A stretch of 52,655 nt of DNA, counting the filler, from Bipalium vagum (Eukaryota): NCBI GenBank assembly GCA_037834085.1. It is 3 parts of 3 records of this genome, joined end to end, with 100 filler letters (N's around TTAATTAATTAA, not from the genome) between each part and the next. Parts side by side here need not be neighbours in the genome. Positions count along the whole stretch, not along the records: positions 1 to 17,911 come from JBBMKC010046770.1; 2 more parts are not named here. One strand, given 5' to 3'. The notes beneath the pieces were generated by a model. The model worked only from the letters and a program-made list of their open reading frames with translations, was not told the origin of the DNA and searched no databases. The number at the start of each line of letters is the position of its first letter. The first letter of the stretch is position 1. This document shows, piece after piece, positions 1-13,411 of the stretch. The position numbers and the translations under genes were made by a program.

Positions 1-356
1 CAACCGTTGAGACCTAAGATACATTTACGCTCCGACCTTTAAAATCCTTTTTATCCATCAACTTAGGATCTTAACAATATTATTATTAAATTTTACGAAA
101 AATAGCAATTTTCCATAAATTAAAGGTGTGGAAGTAAAGTTGTAGGTGAATTTCGAAACATAAAATGTTCTATTATATAAAAACTTACTTAAAATAGCAA
201 CCACCTACAAATGACTCTATTATTAAAAAGTTAAAATAGAGCCAATGAGAAGAATGTGGACAACAGGAGATATAAAGTCTTGGTTTTTACATTCAAAATG
301 TCTTTTAAAACTTAGAATACGATTAATAATCTATTCAAAAAAGCTATTAAGACATC

Positions 357-783
357 TGTAATAATAAAGGTAAGAAATTTCTATTATTACCAGTGTTTAA
401 CCTTTAGAGTTAAATTATAATAATTAATTAACGTTTATTTATTGTTAAAAGTCAATTTTTTTATATCACTAACCTTTTAATATTTTCTTATATCCTTTTT
501 TACTGTTCTCTTGGTAATTCGATTCTGCTTCGCTCTAGGTGACAGAATACGCATTTTGTTAACAGGGCTTCTTCGGCTATCATAAAGCCAAGAGGGTATT
601 TTATTAATTAAATAATTATTGATTTTGTTTGTGAATAAAAAATGTGTATAAATGATTTAACCTTACAATTGTGATAACAAATATACCTTATTTTTGTTAA
701 TGGCTTTGTTCATTCGTGGTTCTTTTATTATTTACACTTCCGTCGAAGGAGTTGATGAGCCCAAAGATGAACCCTTTGTAACT
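357..783. mobile_element. Solo LTR-like repeat, copy 1
   Basis: Starts TGTAATAATA and ends TGTAACT. Aligns over its whole length with 884-1295 (shared blocks GACAGAATACGCATTTTGTTA, GTGATAACAAATATA, TTATTTACACTTCC). No PBS, PPT or TSD found. Confidence 0.6.
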
Positions 784-883
784 GTGTAGGTGAATCATCT
801 AGACACTTAAAGCAACTTAGAAAAAACTTTCAAAGCAAAAATGCGTACATACAAATATTCGAGTTAAAAGATATTTAAGACGC

Positions 884-1295
884 TGGTAATAATAATACGT
901 AGGAATTTGTATTAACTCCAAAAGTGCTTAACCGATAGAGTTAAACTTTAATAATTAATTAATACTTAGTGATAGAAGGAAATACTTCTCATCACTAACT
1001 TTTTAATATTTTCTTTATTATTTTTTATTGTTCTCTCGCTAATTCGATTCTAGGCGACAGAATACGCATTTTGTTATCAACTTCTTAAACTATCGTAAAG
1101 TGAAGAAGATATTTTATTAATTAAATAATTGTGTGTAATTTTGAATATTGTTTGATTGAATAGATTTTTAACCTTGCATTTGTGATAACAAATATATCTT
1201 ATTTTGTTAATCGCTTTGTTTATTCGTGAGTTTTCTATTATTTACACTTCCTTCAAGGGAATTGGTGAGCCCAGTTGTAAGCGCCCCTTGTAACA
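884..1295. mobile_element. Solo LTR-like repeat, copy 2
   Basis: Diverged direct repeat of 357-783 ending TGTAACA; TG...CA-type termini. Confidence 0.6.
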
Positions 1296-1369
1296 GTTTA
1301 GCTTGCGACCTAGAATGTTACAACTACAAACAACCAACAAATAGATCTTACAAGACATAATATCATCAC

Positions 1370-2055
1370 TTAAATTTGACACTATAGAAAAAAATCACTT
1401 ATATTTGACACAACATAATGTCATTAATTAAATTTACGTTTACGTAAAAAAATCAACTAAATTTGACAATAAATGATGAAAATTAGGAAAAAATCAATAA
1501 AAACATCTTTTACAAAATTTATTAAATCATAGGTAATTGTAGAGTTTTGCTAAATGTTTCTTTTTTTTTTAAATGAATTCTGTTAAAAAATATAAAAGTT
1601 CAATTTGACATAAGATTTGTGTTATTCGGTACATATTATTGAACCGGGACGAACGAAACTTCTAATAAATGATAATATTGTATCGGCTTTTTTTATCTAT
1701 AATTACCTGACAGAATCCTATACCTGGATTTGCTGATGTATCGAAAATTGTTAGTACCCAAATTTTGGTTCTCTACCACGGTGGGATTTGACGTTTTAAT
1801 TGAGCTTTACCTCGTCGCATTGGGCAATAATCCCAATTTCTTCCAGTTGTATGGGATTTTTCTAGTAAAATAATTTTATTTTACCAATTATAAAATACCT
1901 CAATCTTATAAAGACTGGGGCTGAAATCTATACCTGACATTTCATTTGCGAATACGTCAATTCAATAGACCACAAAAAGATTGATTTAATGATTTGCCTA
2001 AGTTCAATTTTGAAATTTGACACTACAAAAAAAATCAACTAAATATGACACTACT
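1370..2055 (-). mobile_element. Merlin (ISXO2/IS1595-like) DNA transposon relic
   Basis: Minus-strand 1620-1990 reads PIQLEEIGIIAQCDEVKLN*NVKSHRGREPK..WVLTIFDTSANPGIGFCQVI..KADTILSFIRSFVRPGSIICTE, matching the Merlin motifs vQiDE, HRGR, WV and VRPGSiI.TD. It has stops and frameshifts and is flanked by repeated (A)ATTTGACAC units. Confidence 0.75.
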
Positions 2056-2699
2056 TTTTCAGGAATGTAGTGTAAACTTAAATCGATACAAAGATTTAAT
2101 TCACTAGATTTATTTAATTTTAATTCTGGAATAAGTAATTTTAAATCAAGTTATTTTATTTTTGCTTCTCCTTTGGTTCCATAAAATATTTCTTTATCAT
2201 CATCAATTTTTTTTGTAAATATTAATTCTCCTTACATGTTATAAATTACTATATTATAAAATTGTAAAAATCCAAACATTTTTAAATTGTTAAATCGGAT
2301 TATAAGCTTATTGACATCAAATTGAATGAACTTAAAAGAAGATTAAAAAATGCATAATAAAAGAAAAAATACACACAAGAAATATTTATAATTTTTTAGT
2401 TCATTTAAAAATACAAAAAACCATTCGAAATATTGTTAATGATTATAATAAAAAGGTTAATAATATGAAATAATATAAGTTACATTACATGGAATCAGAT
2501 GCTTTAATTTAAACAGATATTTTTGAAAACTTTTAAAAAATATGGTATTATTATTATTATTAAATTGATCCTTGTTTATTGTTTTACAGCTCCAAGTTTT
2601 AGTTGACTTGTAAGACTAAAATTTACAAATGTAAAGTTAAAATATTTTAAGCCTATCAATTATTATTAAAACGGAATAAAAGAAGGATAATCTTAGGAT

Positions 2700-3070
2700 A
2701 ATTCAAATTACAGAATTCTAAACTATCTTTCACTTCGTATTTGATTTCTATTAATGGTTTTATTAATTCATCAATAATTTTTGCTATTTTATGTTTGGCA
2801 CAATTTATCATCCAGAGAACTGGTGTTACCCACTGATTATCTTTGTGATTTTTTGGTAATCCATATAATTTTACCGGTTGTGCTAACCGATTGGCTATTT
2901 CTTTTTTATCATTACCTTTTACTAGCTTTTTTTAATATCTCATTAACTTTTTGTTCATCTTTGATAGGAACTGATATGCTATTGGATTTTATATTGGTTT
3001 TTTTGTAATTTACTGCAATTTACAATATAATTTACCTTTTCTTAAAAAACGTTTTATTGTCTGTTTGTTT
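2700..3070 (-). mobile_element. Penelope-like retroelement RT fragment
   Basis: Minus strand reads AQPVKLYGLPK(N)HKDNQWVTPVLWMINCAKHKIAKLLMN, close to the Penelope RT motif LYGLPKIHK..P.RPI.S...LAK.L. Confidence 0.7.
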
Positions 3071-3149
3071 TGATATCTAAGGGATTTTATATTGGAAACT
3101 AACTAAAAATAATAGCACTATAAATGCTGAGTTCTATTCTCAACAATCA

Positions 3150-3498
3150 TAGTGACTGAGTCAATAAATATTAGGTATATTTTAAGAAACAGAAAAAGAA
3201 TGATCCTGCAACACGACAATGTGAGACCATAAACTGCCTCAATAACAGACAGATGCTGGGATGAGAGGTTTTATCGATCTTCTTATTTCGATCTTTTCAA
3301 AATTATATGAATGAGCAGGAGTTTCAAATTGAAAAACGTAACAAAGAAGCCCTTCTTCGAATCAAAGAAGCCAAACTTTATCTGAAAGGAATTGAAACAC
3401 TATCAAAAAGATGGTCACAAGTTGCTAAGTCTGATGAAGAATATATTGACATTCAGAAAACTTATTTTTTTGTTAATTTAAATATATTACCAAAATAG
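3150..3498 (+). mobile_element. mariner transposase C-terminal relic
   Basis: Reads ILQHDNVRP and LYLKGIETLSKRWSQVAKSDEEYID, typical of a mariner C-terminus. Confidence 0.75.
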
Positions 3499-3918
3499 GA
3501 AATTCATATTCTTGTCCCAATAGATTACCTGTGATCCAAAATCACCAAAGTAATTTTGGATTACACATTAATGTCACTAAATTAAGTCAATATTAATTTA
3601 GGTTAATTTTTAAGTTAAAACTGCTAAAGTTAGGAAGTTAAGACTTTAATTGAATTTTAAGTTTTACTTTTGTTGAGTTTCACAGAATCTTCTAAATTAA
3701 AGCCCATCGTGAATGTAAAAATACAACGAAACACACAAAGGATGCAGAACAAAGCCCCACAGAAGAGTCAAAATCAAAGCCCGTGACAGTTACCAATCAA
3801 GAGATGCCAATGGAGATCGATGACAATTCTCTAAACTTCACAAGAGGCTTGAAATTAGTGACAGACAATTAAAATTATTTTATATTTTATATTTTTGTAT
3901 GAAAAGACCTTGTTAGGC

Positions 3919-4986
3919 TTACTTTCTAAAAAAGGAAAGGAAAGAAAATATAAAGGTCAAAGAAAACTTTACGAATTCAATTGTTCGTTTTTTCTTGAAT
4001 AAAATCTTCTCCAAATCTGATTCAATTGCTATTAAACTTTCTTGTAAATGGTCAGTTTTATCCTGATTTGAATAAAAAAGAACTACTTGTTGCATGCACT
4101 CAAACGCTTTATGAATGTTGGGAAGCTTAACACATTGATTGTTATCTGACGTATCAGATAGTGACAAATTTAATTTTACTTCCTGTTCATTAACCTTTTC
4201 TGTTACTAAATTTTCTTCAGCATTAACAAAATCAGTAAACGGGTGTTGCTTTTCAAAATATTTCTCTATATCAGATGAAAAATTTTCATTTATTGCCATT
4301 TCTTCAACCACTTCGCCAAAACCAGCATGTCTAAAACAATTTTTATGGTATTACAGCTAACTTTTGACCAAGCCAATTTAACCATGATAATTGTATCAAG
4401 AATACTTACTTTAAATTTTTCTTCTGGATAGGAATTATAAAAAAAATCATTTTTGTAACAATTCCTTTTTTATAATACTGCTTAAAGGCATTGATAACCC
4501 CGGCATCTAAAGGCTGTAACTTACTTTTAGTATTTGGAGGCATAAAAAATCAACTCAATATTTGTTAAAGATTGACCTAACGGAGGATGGGAAGAACAAT
4601 TGTCTACTAATAAAATTTCTTCTAATTTTTCTTAATTTAGAATCCCATGACATAATCCAATTTGAAAAAATTGTTGGTATCATCCATGCATTCTGCTTGT
4701 TTTTATAATTTAGGGAAGTAATATCAACATTTTTAAAACATCGGAGATTTTTATGATTTTCCAATTATTAATGGAGGCAATTTTTCACCTTCCATACTTG
4801 CACAAAATAACAAAATTATCCTATCCTTTTTCAATAAGTAATACACTGTTAATAGGTATCTTTTTAGATAATCGGTTAAAGAGAACTTTTACACTGAAAA
4901 TCTGGTGAAAATGCCATTTTTGAACCAAAATCTCTTTACCCGATTTTGTTCTCTTTAAGCAAGTTCTCTATAAGCGAAATCTACTC
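3919..4986 (-). mobile_element. Tigger/pogo (DDE_1) transposon relic
   Basis: Reads NLRCFKNVDITSLNYKNKQNAWMIPTIFSNWIMSWD..ILLVDNCSSHP..FMPPNTKSKLQPLDAGVINAFKQYYKK, then an acidic tail. A TIR-like AGTAGATTTCGCTTATAGAGAAC lies at ~4963-4985. Confidence 0.85.
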
Positions 4987-7900
4987 CTTTATATGTATAT
5001 TTATTATATCATTTTTAATCCTTATATCCTTTTTTTGCTTTTAGTAATTTATTTTTTTTATTTTAGTAACTATATATATATTATAAATTAAAATATTTTA
5101 TATTTTTTTATTTATTTTTTAAAAAAAATATTATTATTGTCATTATTCATCAAGGGCCACCTTACAATTAAAAATTAAAAAATTACTAACATAAAATATA
5201 ATTTAAAATATACTAAGTACAAATATTTAAATTTATATACATAAAAACACCAAAATAATACACCAAAGTGGTCACATAATATAAGATGTCTTAAAATCAC
5301 AAAGATCAATGTCTTGATTGTCTTCGGGTTTTTGATGGGCTTGAAGGATTTGTTAATGGATTGGGTGAGCTGGAAGGATTTGATGGGAGTCTCCATAATT
5401 TAATAAACAATGGCGGCAATGTTTTCATTAACAAGATAACAGGAAAGCAACAAAAAAAATGTCTTTATTCGCTTTGATACTCAACTCACTGTCTTAAATT
5501 CAGAATAACACACTAGTCCTAAAGATATCTGGGTCAACCTTCTTTCAATACAATTTTATATTTACTGATTTCTTAAATTAAGCTTTCTAATTTATTATTT
5601 TTTAATATAGAAAAAATTTTAATTCCTTTTTTAATTTAGGATAATGTTACTATACGTACGTCTTTGCTCGTAAACTTAATAATAATTATCCTAGAGCCTT
5701 TAGCGATCTTCAAAAGATAAACTAAAAGAGTTAAAGGAATATGCCCTTGGCTAACCCAACAATAAGATTAATTGAAAATTATGAGCTTCTATTTCACTGC
5801 ATTTTTTAGCTATTTTCACATCGTTTCAGGTCTTCGGTTAACTTATTTCTGTCTAGATTTTGTACGAAATATCTGGAATTCAAGATATAAGATTTCCAAA
5901 AAAGTGTTACCTGACAAATTATCATTTGTTCAAAAACAATTTTATTTATTTCTGTTCAATAATTAGATATCCAGACACTATTTGCTTCGCGTACATTGTA
6001 ATAAAATGGAATCTGATTCAGTAGGCGATTGTCCGCTACCTCAATATTAGTCTATGCAGGATCGCATTTTATAAAGTATAAAAAATTTTGTTTATACCTG
6101 GCACTTTTATTTGAATGTACCGTTATAAAAGATCAACTTCTTAATTAATTTCTAAAGTATGGTCCAAGTTAAAAATTGGAATGATCTCAACGAAAACATT
6201 GGTCTGGTATCAAGTCTCACACGCTATAAAATATCGTCAGATATCTTAAAACAATCCTAAAAATCTGTGAGCCAACACACGTTGCACTTACTGTTCCCTG
6301 TGGCTCATGTCTGTCTAAAATACATGGAAAATTCATTAAAAATCTCTGGTATGCAAAGATATTTGCCTAACGAACAGTAATCACCTGAAATCATCTTATA
6401 CAGATAGAGTTAAGTGAATCACATTGTAAGATTCTTCAAAATTTCAGTCTAACTTTGCAGACAAATCTAACATGATCAGGATCCTTTGAATATTTGCATA
6501 GAAATATGTGGTGATATTATTAATTTTTTTTTAATGAAATCACTAATAATAAATAAGATATTTTGACAAGAAACTACCGGAAACTGAGAAATTGTTAAAC
6601 AAAGAAATAAATTAAAGTAATATTTGAACAAATTCATAATCACAATAAAGGAAATGGTTATCTAAAATGAAAGAACTGAGATTTTTATTTATATGATAAA
6701 TATTATGAAAAACTGGGTTATCTTAACAAATGTAATTAGTCTGAATAGAATTGAGACTCCGGATATATTACAGAACCCTGGTATATTTAAGAAAATGTCT
6801 TAATTTATAATAATATTTTATGAAATTAATAAACAAATAAAATTTTTCTTAATAAAAAAAAATAAACTTGCATTTCTAAATTCATCGAATATTTCCACCC
6901 TTGTGGATAGTCTTAAGGTGGATAAAAAAAATCAAAATCTTGGGTTATTTTAAGACTTATTACCTTCTACAAATTATAATAATAATTGTTTCATTATTAT
7001 ATATTGCAAATAATTATTTTGAATTCTCAGTGAAATTATAACCATAAATATAATGACAATTAGTTTAAAATCAATGAACCGGGACTATTTTAACAAACGT
7101 AAAACATATTTCAGACCTAAAATTGATCGAAAGCGCAATATATATACAGAAAAATCACATGTAGAGGCCATAATCAGAATGTTAATATAATTTGATCCAT
7201 TGAATCGGATTTGTCCATATAATTTGCACAATATAAATACAAATAATTCTATCCAGTTTCTAGGGATTTATTTTGGTTACAAAATGCAAAAAATATAAAA
7301 CAGTACGTTTATTTATTTAGACCTCATCTTAAAGAATAGACAGAAGATAAACAACATAATGTCCTGTGAAACAATTATCGACTGCTGAAAAAATTATATT
7401 AAACCTCGAAACATAAAATCTGTCTATAAAGACATAAAACAAAAAAAATAATGAGATTACATTTTTAGACCACTATCTATTTTAGAAAATGAAAACAAAT
7501 CATTTTAATCTGAAAATAGAAAATAGAACCATAATTTTTCTACTTTAAAAAGTTCAAATGTTATTTTAAAACGCTGATGTTGTTTTGGATTAAAAACTAA
7601 TAAATAATTTCAGCTTCAACTGAACAGTCGCAGAAATAGAATATGCTTGTTGAAACTGCCAATACGACTTTGCATTTCATACATTAAACCACGTGGTCAA
7701 ATAAGATGAGAATCTCTGTATGCCCGTATTACTCATTTCATCTGCCATTCAAACGTTTACCATTATTTGATTGAACAAGATGACTGTTCTAAAAGAAAGA
7801 AATGACGCATAAGCATCACCAGACATTGTCATCCAGGCAAATCATGCGCTGTTCTGACAAAAAAACCAAAGCCAGATAATATACAATTTTGAAGCAAGCT

Positions 7901-10575
7901 GCATATATCAGACATCAGTTTTTAGAAATTCAATTAACAATTGCCAAAATAATGGAAAAACTCGAAAAAAAATTTAAGTTCCAATGGAAATAATATTATG
8001 CCAAATTTGTAAATATCTCAAATATATTAACCCTAAAAAGTGTTTTGCTTTGTTCTTATTTGAGATGCGAATAATAATTATGACTAAGTTCAACTAATCA
8101 TTTTTCTAAAAATAGTAACAGCGCATCTGTAGAATAATTAATCATGTGATTCCAAAAATTAGCATCCAATAGAAAAACAGATTTCTCTTCTATGAATGCC
8201 AGTCTGAAACTTGTATCTTCAGACAATAAAAAATAAAATCAATAACTTATAAAATTTTGACATTTTCTAAACATGTTGATATTAATGAACATATTCACTT
8301 GTAGAAAAACATAAGCTCTGATTTACTCCTAACAAGTTTCAACTTGGTACAAATGAGACTTATCTTGATTTTGTACGTAAACACTACTGGTTTTCAACTA
8401 CGAAACCACCAATAGAAATCACCCACACTAAAATAGTGCTGTGTGAATCTAAAACAAAATATTGAGTTGAGACCTGACAAAAATAAGTTTGATTTTAAAT
8501 CAAGAATTCGAATTGAAGAAATTCAATAAGAATTCATTGAACTATGCACAACTCGTTACGAAAACAATAGATATCATATATCAATAAATAAAAATATCAA
8601 TAAACTCATTTATTTAAATAAAATTTCTACAACAATAATTCAAATATGGCTAAAAAATCAATTACAAAACATAAACCAGCAGTGCAACAAGAATATAAAT
8701 ATTATCATTTGAAAAATACTGAACAGACGATTTTTCCCTTCTGTTTCAAATACTAAAAAGAAACAAAAAATATCAACATCACTTCGTTGATTATTCCCAC
8801 TTTTGTCTCTCTCAATCTCATAAAAAGCTCACATCATAAACCTCACGCAACACAACTGGTTCTCTCTGTCTTACGGTAGTTTGGCCATATGATGATGGAT
8901 AATTCATTTTTTCCACATATTCACAATTCAAACCAACACACTACGTAAAGAACGATTAATATTATCAAAACTAAAAATATACAAAAATATTAGAAAAATA
9001 AAAACTACCGAATAACAAAAATACATACATCAAAATAATATTAAGAGAACGAGGCTTTTATGATCCGCGTACACATTTATTTGACTGTAAAATAAAGCTC
9101 GCCTTCTTGTTCAAAGCCAAATATATAGATATATTATGTCATCAAGCTTAAATAGAGAAATAATCTGCGTTTTTGCATTGCATTATCTGAACAAATAAGA
9201 AACTGTTTTCCAGTTCTGACCCCTTTTCTACAATTCAAAAACAACGATATTTTATGAAACATATATATACAGAGAAGTCTGGGAATTTCAAATCAATCCA
9301 AAATTTTGTTGCACATCAGAGCAAAACGAATAATCGATATTGAATTGAAGAATATTGATCATACATAGTTATATGAAATCAGAAAATATCTTGTGACATC
9401 TGCGAACATGAATTTAAATCAATTTTTCAAACTCTTCAAGAGGAAAACCATTAAAATCGATGGATTTCTCTTTTTTGATAACGCACATATTCCCAATCAA
9501 ACAAATGTTTTATTATAAGAAAATAATTACAAAACAAAGCATCAAATTATAAACAAGTCACATTGACTCACATGCTAATCTAAATTTTAACTAATAATAA
9601 TTGCAGCACCAATTTTACACATTATTAATAAATATAATAAATGCTATTTAATATCAATAAGCAAAAATACAATATTTTATATTGATTAACAATAAACACG
9701 ATGAAAATAAACACACTAAACGTGCAAGGATAAATGCAAACGGATATCCTCAAAAAAAAAAACCATTACCAGTACTCGTATATAAAAAATCACATACCAA
9801 AATCGATAATTATTAATCGATCAATAATAATGCAGTAAACATAATAATAGAAAAAAGACACGGAAAACATAATACAACTCTTTCTTTTATTCTCTCACTC
9901 TGTGTCTCTCTATGTATCTCTCCAGAATTTTAAACAATAATTAATATCGATTGATGATTATTATTAATTTAAGGTATAAAATAGAGCTCAAAAATTCAAA
10001 TGAAGAAGAAAATACAAATTCACGTTGATAATAACTCTCGCGGGTTTCTTTTAAGTTTCTGTTTCTGTTGTTATGTGCTGACGACTTTTTGTAGAAATAC
10101 AACACGAGAATCAGAAGAATAAGATAAATGTATAATACCGACACAAGGTCCCTCTCAATTGGGTATCGAGGAATAACTGGGTTAGGATGGAGCGAATAAT
10201 ACAAAAGAACAATAACAATGATGGAAAACAGAATTGAAACACATCCCGGAGTGTTTGACTTATGTGAGAATTGGTACCAATAATAATAATAATAATATTA
10301 CTACAAATAAGAATAATAAAATAGCAAAGGTGAAGTAACTGTGGCGGTAAGATCAATAACAATGAGTTCGAGGAGCGCACGATTGGCACAAACCAATTAA
10401 AGACACAGAAAAATCAATAATATCATTAATAATTAATAATAGATATATAACAACTACATGAACAACACTTTCAAGGTTTCGTTCTCTTTTGATGGAGAAG
10501 CGGCACAGGAAGGTATATAGGGGGCGGGAAGATACTTTATATTTTTTTCTCAGTAAGCTCAAATAAAAAAGAACA

Positions 10576-12326
10576 TTATAAATCTTCTCTGTCGTCGCTG
10601 TTGCTAGCGGCAGAATTGCGTTTGCGACCATCACCGATAGTTCCGAACAAAGACTCTGGTTTCACTATGGATCTATGTGAGTGTCTCAAAATTGTAGATT
10701 GCAGCTGTTGTTGTTGCGATTGGTGGTGATCAATATCAATTTTATTGATCCACGATTGTGATAAATTCGAATCGGCATTGATTACCGATTGAACGGAACC
10801 GTGACAAGCATGAGAAGGAACGTGAGTGGAGCTTGGAAAGTCGCTGGAATTCTTCCACAAATATTTCACATTGCCAAATCTGGTCTCGTCCAGATAATTG
10901 GAATTGTTAGCGCTGCTCGTGGAGGACGAGTAAAAAACTGGTGGTTTCGACCACGATGATTCACAAGAAATCGTGCCAGCACAGATAGAAGCGGAAACAG
11001 CCGCACAAGACGGAGACGAGGACGGAGAATGAGATGATGAGGACGAGGACACAGAGGCGACTAAATTGTGACCCAATATTTCACTGTGCTGATGGTGGTG
11101 TTCTATTGTGTAACAGCAACTGTCGCCTGACATATATAGATGGTTCCCGCTGCCACATTCCCGGTTTGACGGTGGTGGCGGCGGTGAATAGACGACGCTC
11201 GGATAATATGAATCGTAGAACGCGCTATCGTTGTGATTGGTGGAAAAATACTGCTGTGACCCAAGTCCGGTTGGCCTGTGTGCCATTGAATTACTGTCGG
11301 AAATTTGTGACATGGTGACGTTGGAGGGGAAATGGTGATGGGATGAAGGATAGAAATTCGATGGGTTCTTGAAGCCTCCTCCATTAATCGGGCGTGATTG
11401 ATTTTCCATGCTCGATTGGAAACAATCGTTGACAACGATGTTGTTACGCTGGTTCCAGTTGATATTGGCATTATCATCACATGGACCGAGCAGTTTGTAT
11501 GGGGTCGTCGAGTTGTGCACGGAGTTGAACCCCGATATCGATGATTTTTTATCATTCAAGAGCGAAATGGAAAACGGTGGTGACATACCGGGACCGCTGG
11601 CGCTGGCTGAGGGCGGCATTATGAGACCGTCAACGATAACATTGGCACTTTCGGTGGAACTGTTTGATGGAGTTATTTTGGCTTTAGAAGAACGCAGAAT
11701 CCGATCTATAATTTCTTTGGCATCGACGTCATCCATGCGCGACACCTCGGGCCAAATCCATTCTGGAGAGCAGATAACACTGGTGAAGCAGTTGCCCCCC
11801 TCATCGCTGGAGGGGGTCGAGTTTCGGGGCTGTTGGTCCCATACCCTCATGACCAAATGAGCAATCAACTGCTTGGCGCGATGGATCTGTAACCAGGCAG
11901 TTTCCTCGCTGTTTACGGTCCCATTCTCGTAGACCGATATTTCAAAATCCGCAGTGTCACCGGGCGCTCGCAACTCATCTTTAGGCGGGCTTTTGATTTC
12001 CGTTCCCGTTTCTTTTTGAACTGTTGTTATTATCGATCCCTGTGTACCAATTACTTTTCCCACTAACCGTTGCGGTACTCCAATCGTTGCCGTTGCCAAC
12101 GGTGTCCGGTTTCCGAGCACTGGTGGACTTCTCGGCCGCTCACCCATCAAGCCAACAATGTTGCCAAGTTTGTTTCGTGTTATTTGCTCTGCTAATTGTT
12201 GAATTATTTGACCTACTTTTATCGCTGTATCCGGAACGGCTTCGATCAGAAAAACGTGATCTTCCTTTTCGTTCGGAGTGGCGATCAGTGCTCCCGTAGT
12301 CTGGCGGATCATTTTAATCTTTTTAC
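10576..12326 (-). CDS. mex3: MEX-3-type KH-domain RNA-binding protein, coding exon 2 (rest of KH1, KH2, long S/N/H-rich tail, no RING)
   Basis: Acceptor TTTTTCAG|GT at 12327/12326. Reads GKKIKMIRQTTGALIATP..HVFLIEA and KH2 IGVPQRLVGKVIGTQGSIITTVQKETGTEIKSP. Open to TAA at 10576; higher GC than the flanks. Confidence 0.9.
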
Positions 12327-12567
12327 CTGAAAAAATGTCATTCAAATCGACTTCCATTAATATTTAGAAAGGATATTTAATAAAATTTATTTAATGTTAT
12401 CTTAAGATTTATCACTTTAAAAATTTTTTCATAAATTTATTTAAAATTTAAAAAACTATTTATTAATTAATTATAAATTTTTCAATTTTTAAATTTTAAT
12501 AATTTAAAATTTGTATTTCTATTTTTTATTATAAATTTATCAATTTTATAAAATAAATTAATCAAAC
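12327..12567 (-). other. mex3: 241-nt phase-1 intron splitting the KH1 GxxG codon (GKE-G|GT)
   Basis: GT..AG boundaries (GAAG|GTTTGA ... TTTTTCAG|GTAAA) and very AT-rich. Splicing restores VRVPSKEHVSEIVGKEGKKIK. Confidence 0.9.
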
Positions 12568-13411
12568 CTTCTTTTCCGACTATTTCTGACACATGCTCTT
12601 TGCTGGGCACTCGTACCCCAAGCACCAGATATTGTTTCTGAGTCAAATGAGAACCACCGGTACTGCCATGTTTATGTTTGAAAAAGTTGGATATTCTACT
12701 GGTATTGCTGTTCTTCATTGTGGCCGATCGATTGAGTACCTCTTCCAGATCTTGACCTACTAAAAATCCCATTTTTGAAGCCATCGACTGATATTCGATT
12801 AATTCCACAGGGCTTTGTCGGTTAATGATATAAGAACTATTGCTGTTGTTCGTGGCAGTTATGGATTGATGAGGAGAGCTAGTGGGAGCGTTAAAGTTTC
12901 CGTTATTGAAGAGCTGCATAATTGGAGGATTTCCACGCATCATGTCCAAATCGCGACTGTTCAATCTACTGTGATGTGGCAATGGCGTATTGGATGTGGA
13001 CTGGGAAAAATGTCTCAAGTTAACTCGATTATCGAACGGGGAGTTGTGAGCACTGTTGGAACGACTCAAACTGTTTGACTTGACACTCATTGATTGCAAC
13101 CGTGACGATAGTAGGCCAAGATCAAAATCTTTGTTGTTGGTGTTGTGATCGGTTTGTGAAAGATTGTATTCATTATTGAAATTAACATTTGAACTCAACA
13201 ACGAATCGACTTCCGAAATGGAATACATTTTCCCGTCCTGGCCCAAATTCGACAGGTAAGGGTTTGGGTTGAAGAATTGATTGTACATTTTGGGTTTGGG
13301 AATGAAATTATCGTGATATCCAATGTTCATTGTAAAATCGTTCATTGGACTATCTGACAAATTGAATCGGAGACCTTGATTAGGTGTTTGGTTGAACGGA
13401 GCACTTAACAT
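12568..13411 (-). CDS. mex3: MEX-3-type protein, coding exon 1 (N/S-rich N-terminus and start of KH1)
   Basis: Ends VRVPSKEHVSEIVGKEG, compared with the MEX-3 signature VPSSEHVAEIVGRQG. The spliced product is 864 aa. Confidence 0.88.

Noticed and set aside
1370-2055. Spaced ATTTGACAC repeats as a CRISPR-like array
   Set aside because: Short, irregularly spaced and flanking a Merlin transposase; eukaryotic context with no cas genes.
9941-10634. Hydrophobic short ORFs downstream of mex3
   Set aside because: Explained by T-rich 3' UTR composition; non-ATG or weak starts and no motifs.
12327-12567. ORF-track start at 12357 and stop at 12482 implying two genes
   Set aside because: Both ends lie inside the intron that splits KH1.
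11034-13078. Overlapping and antisense ORFs (11034-11318, 11103-11555, 11408-11860, 12024-12299, 12815-13078)
   Set aside because: Shadow frames of the GC-richer mex3 CDS; no recognisable motifs.
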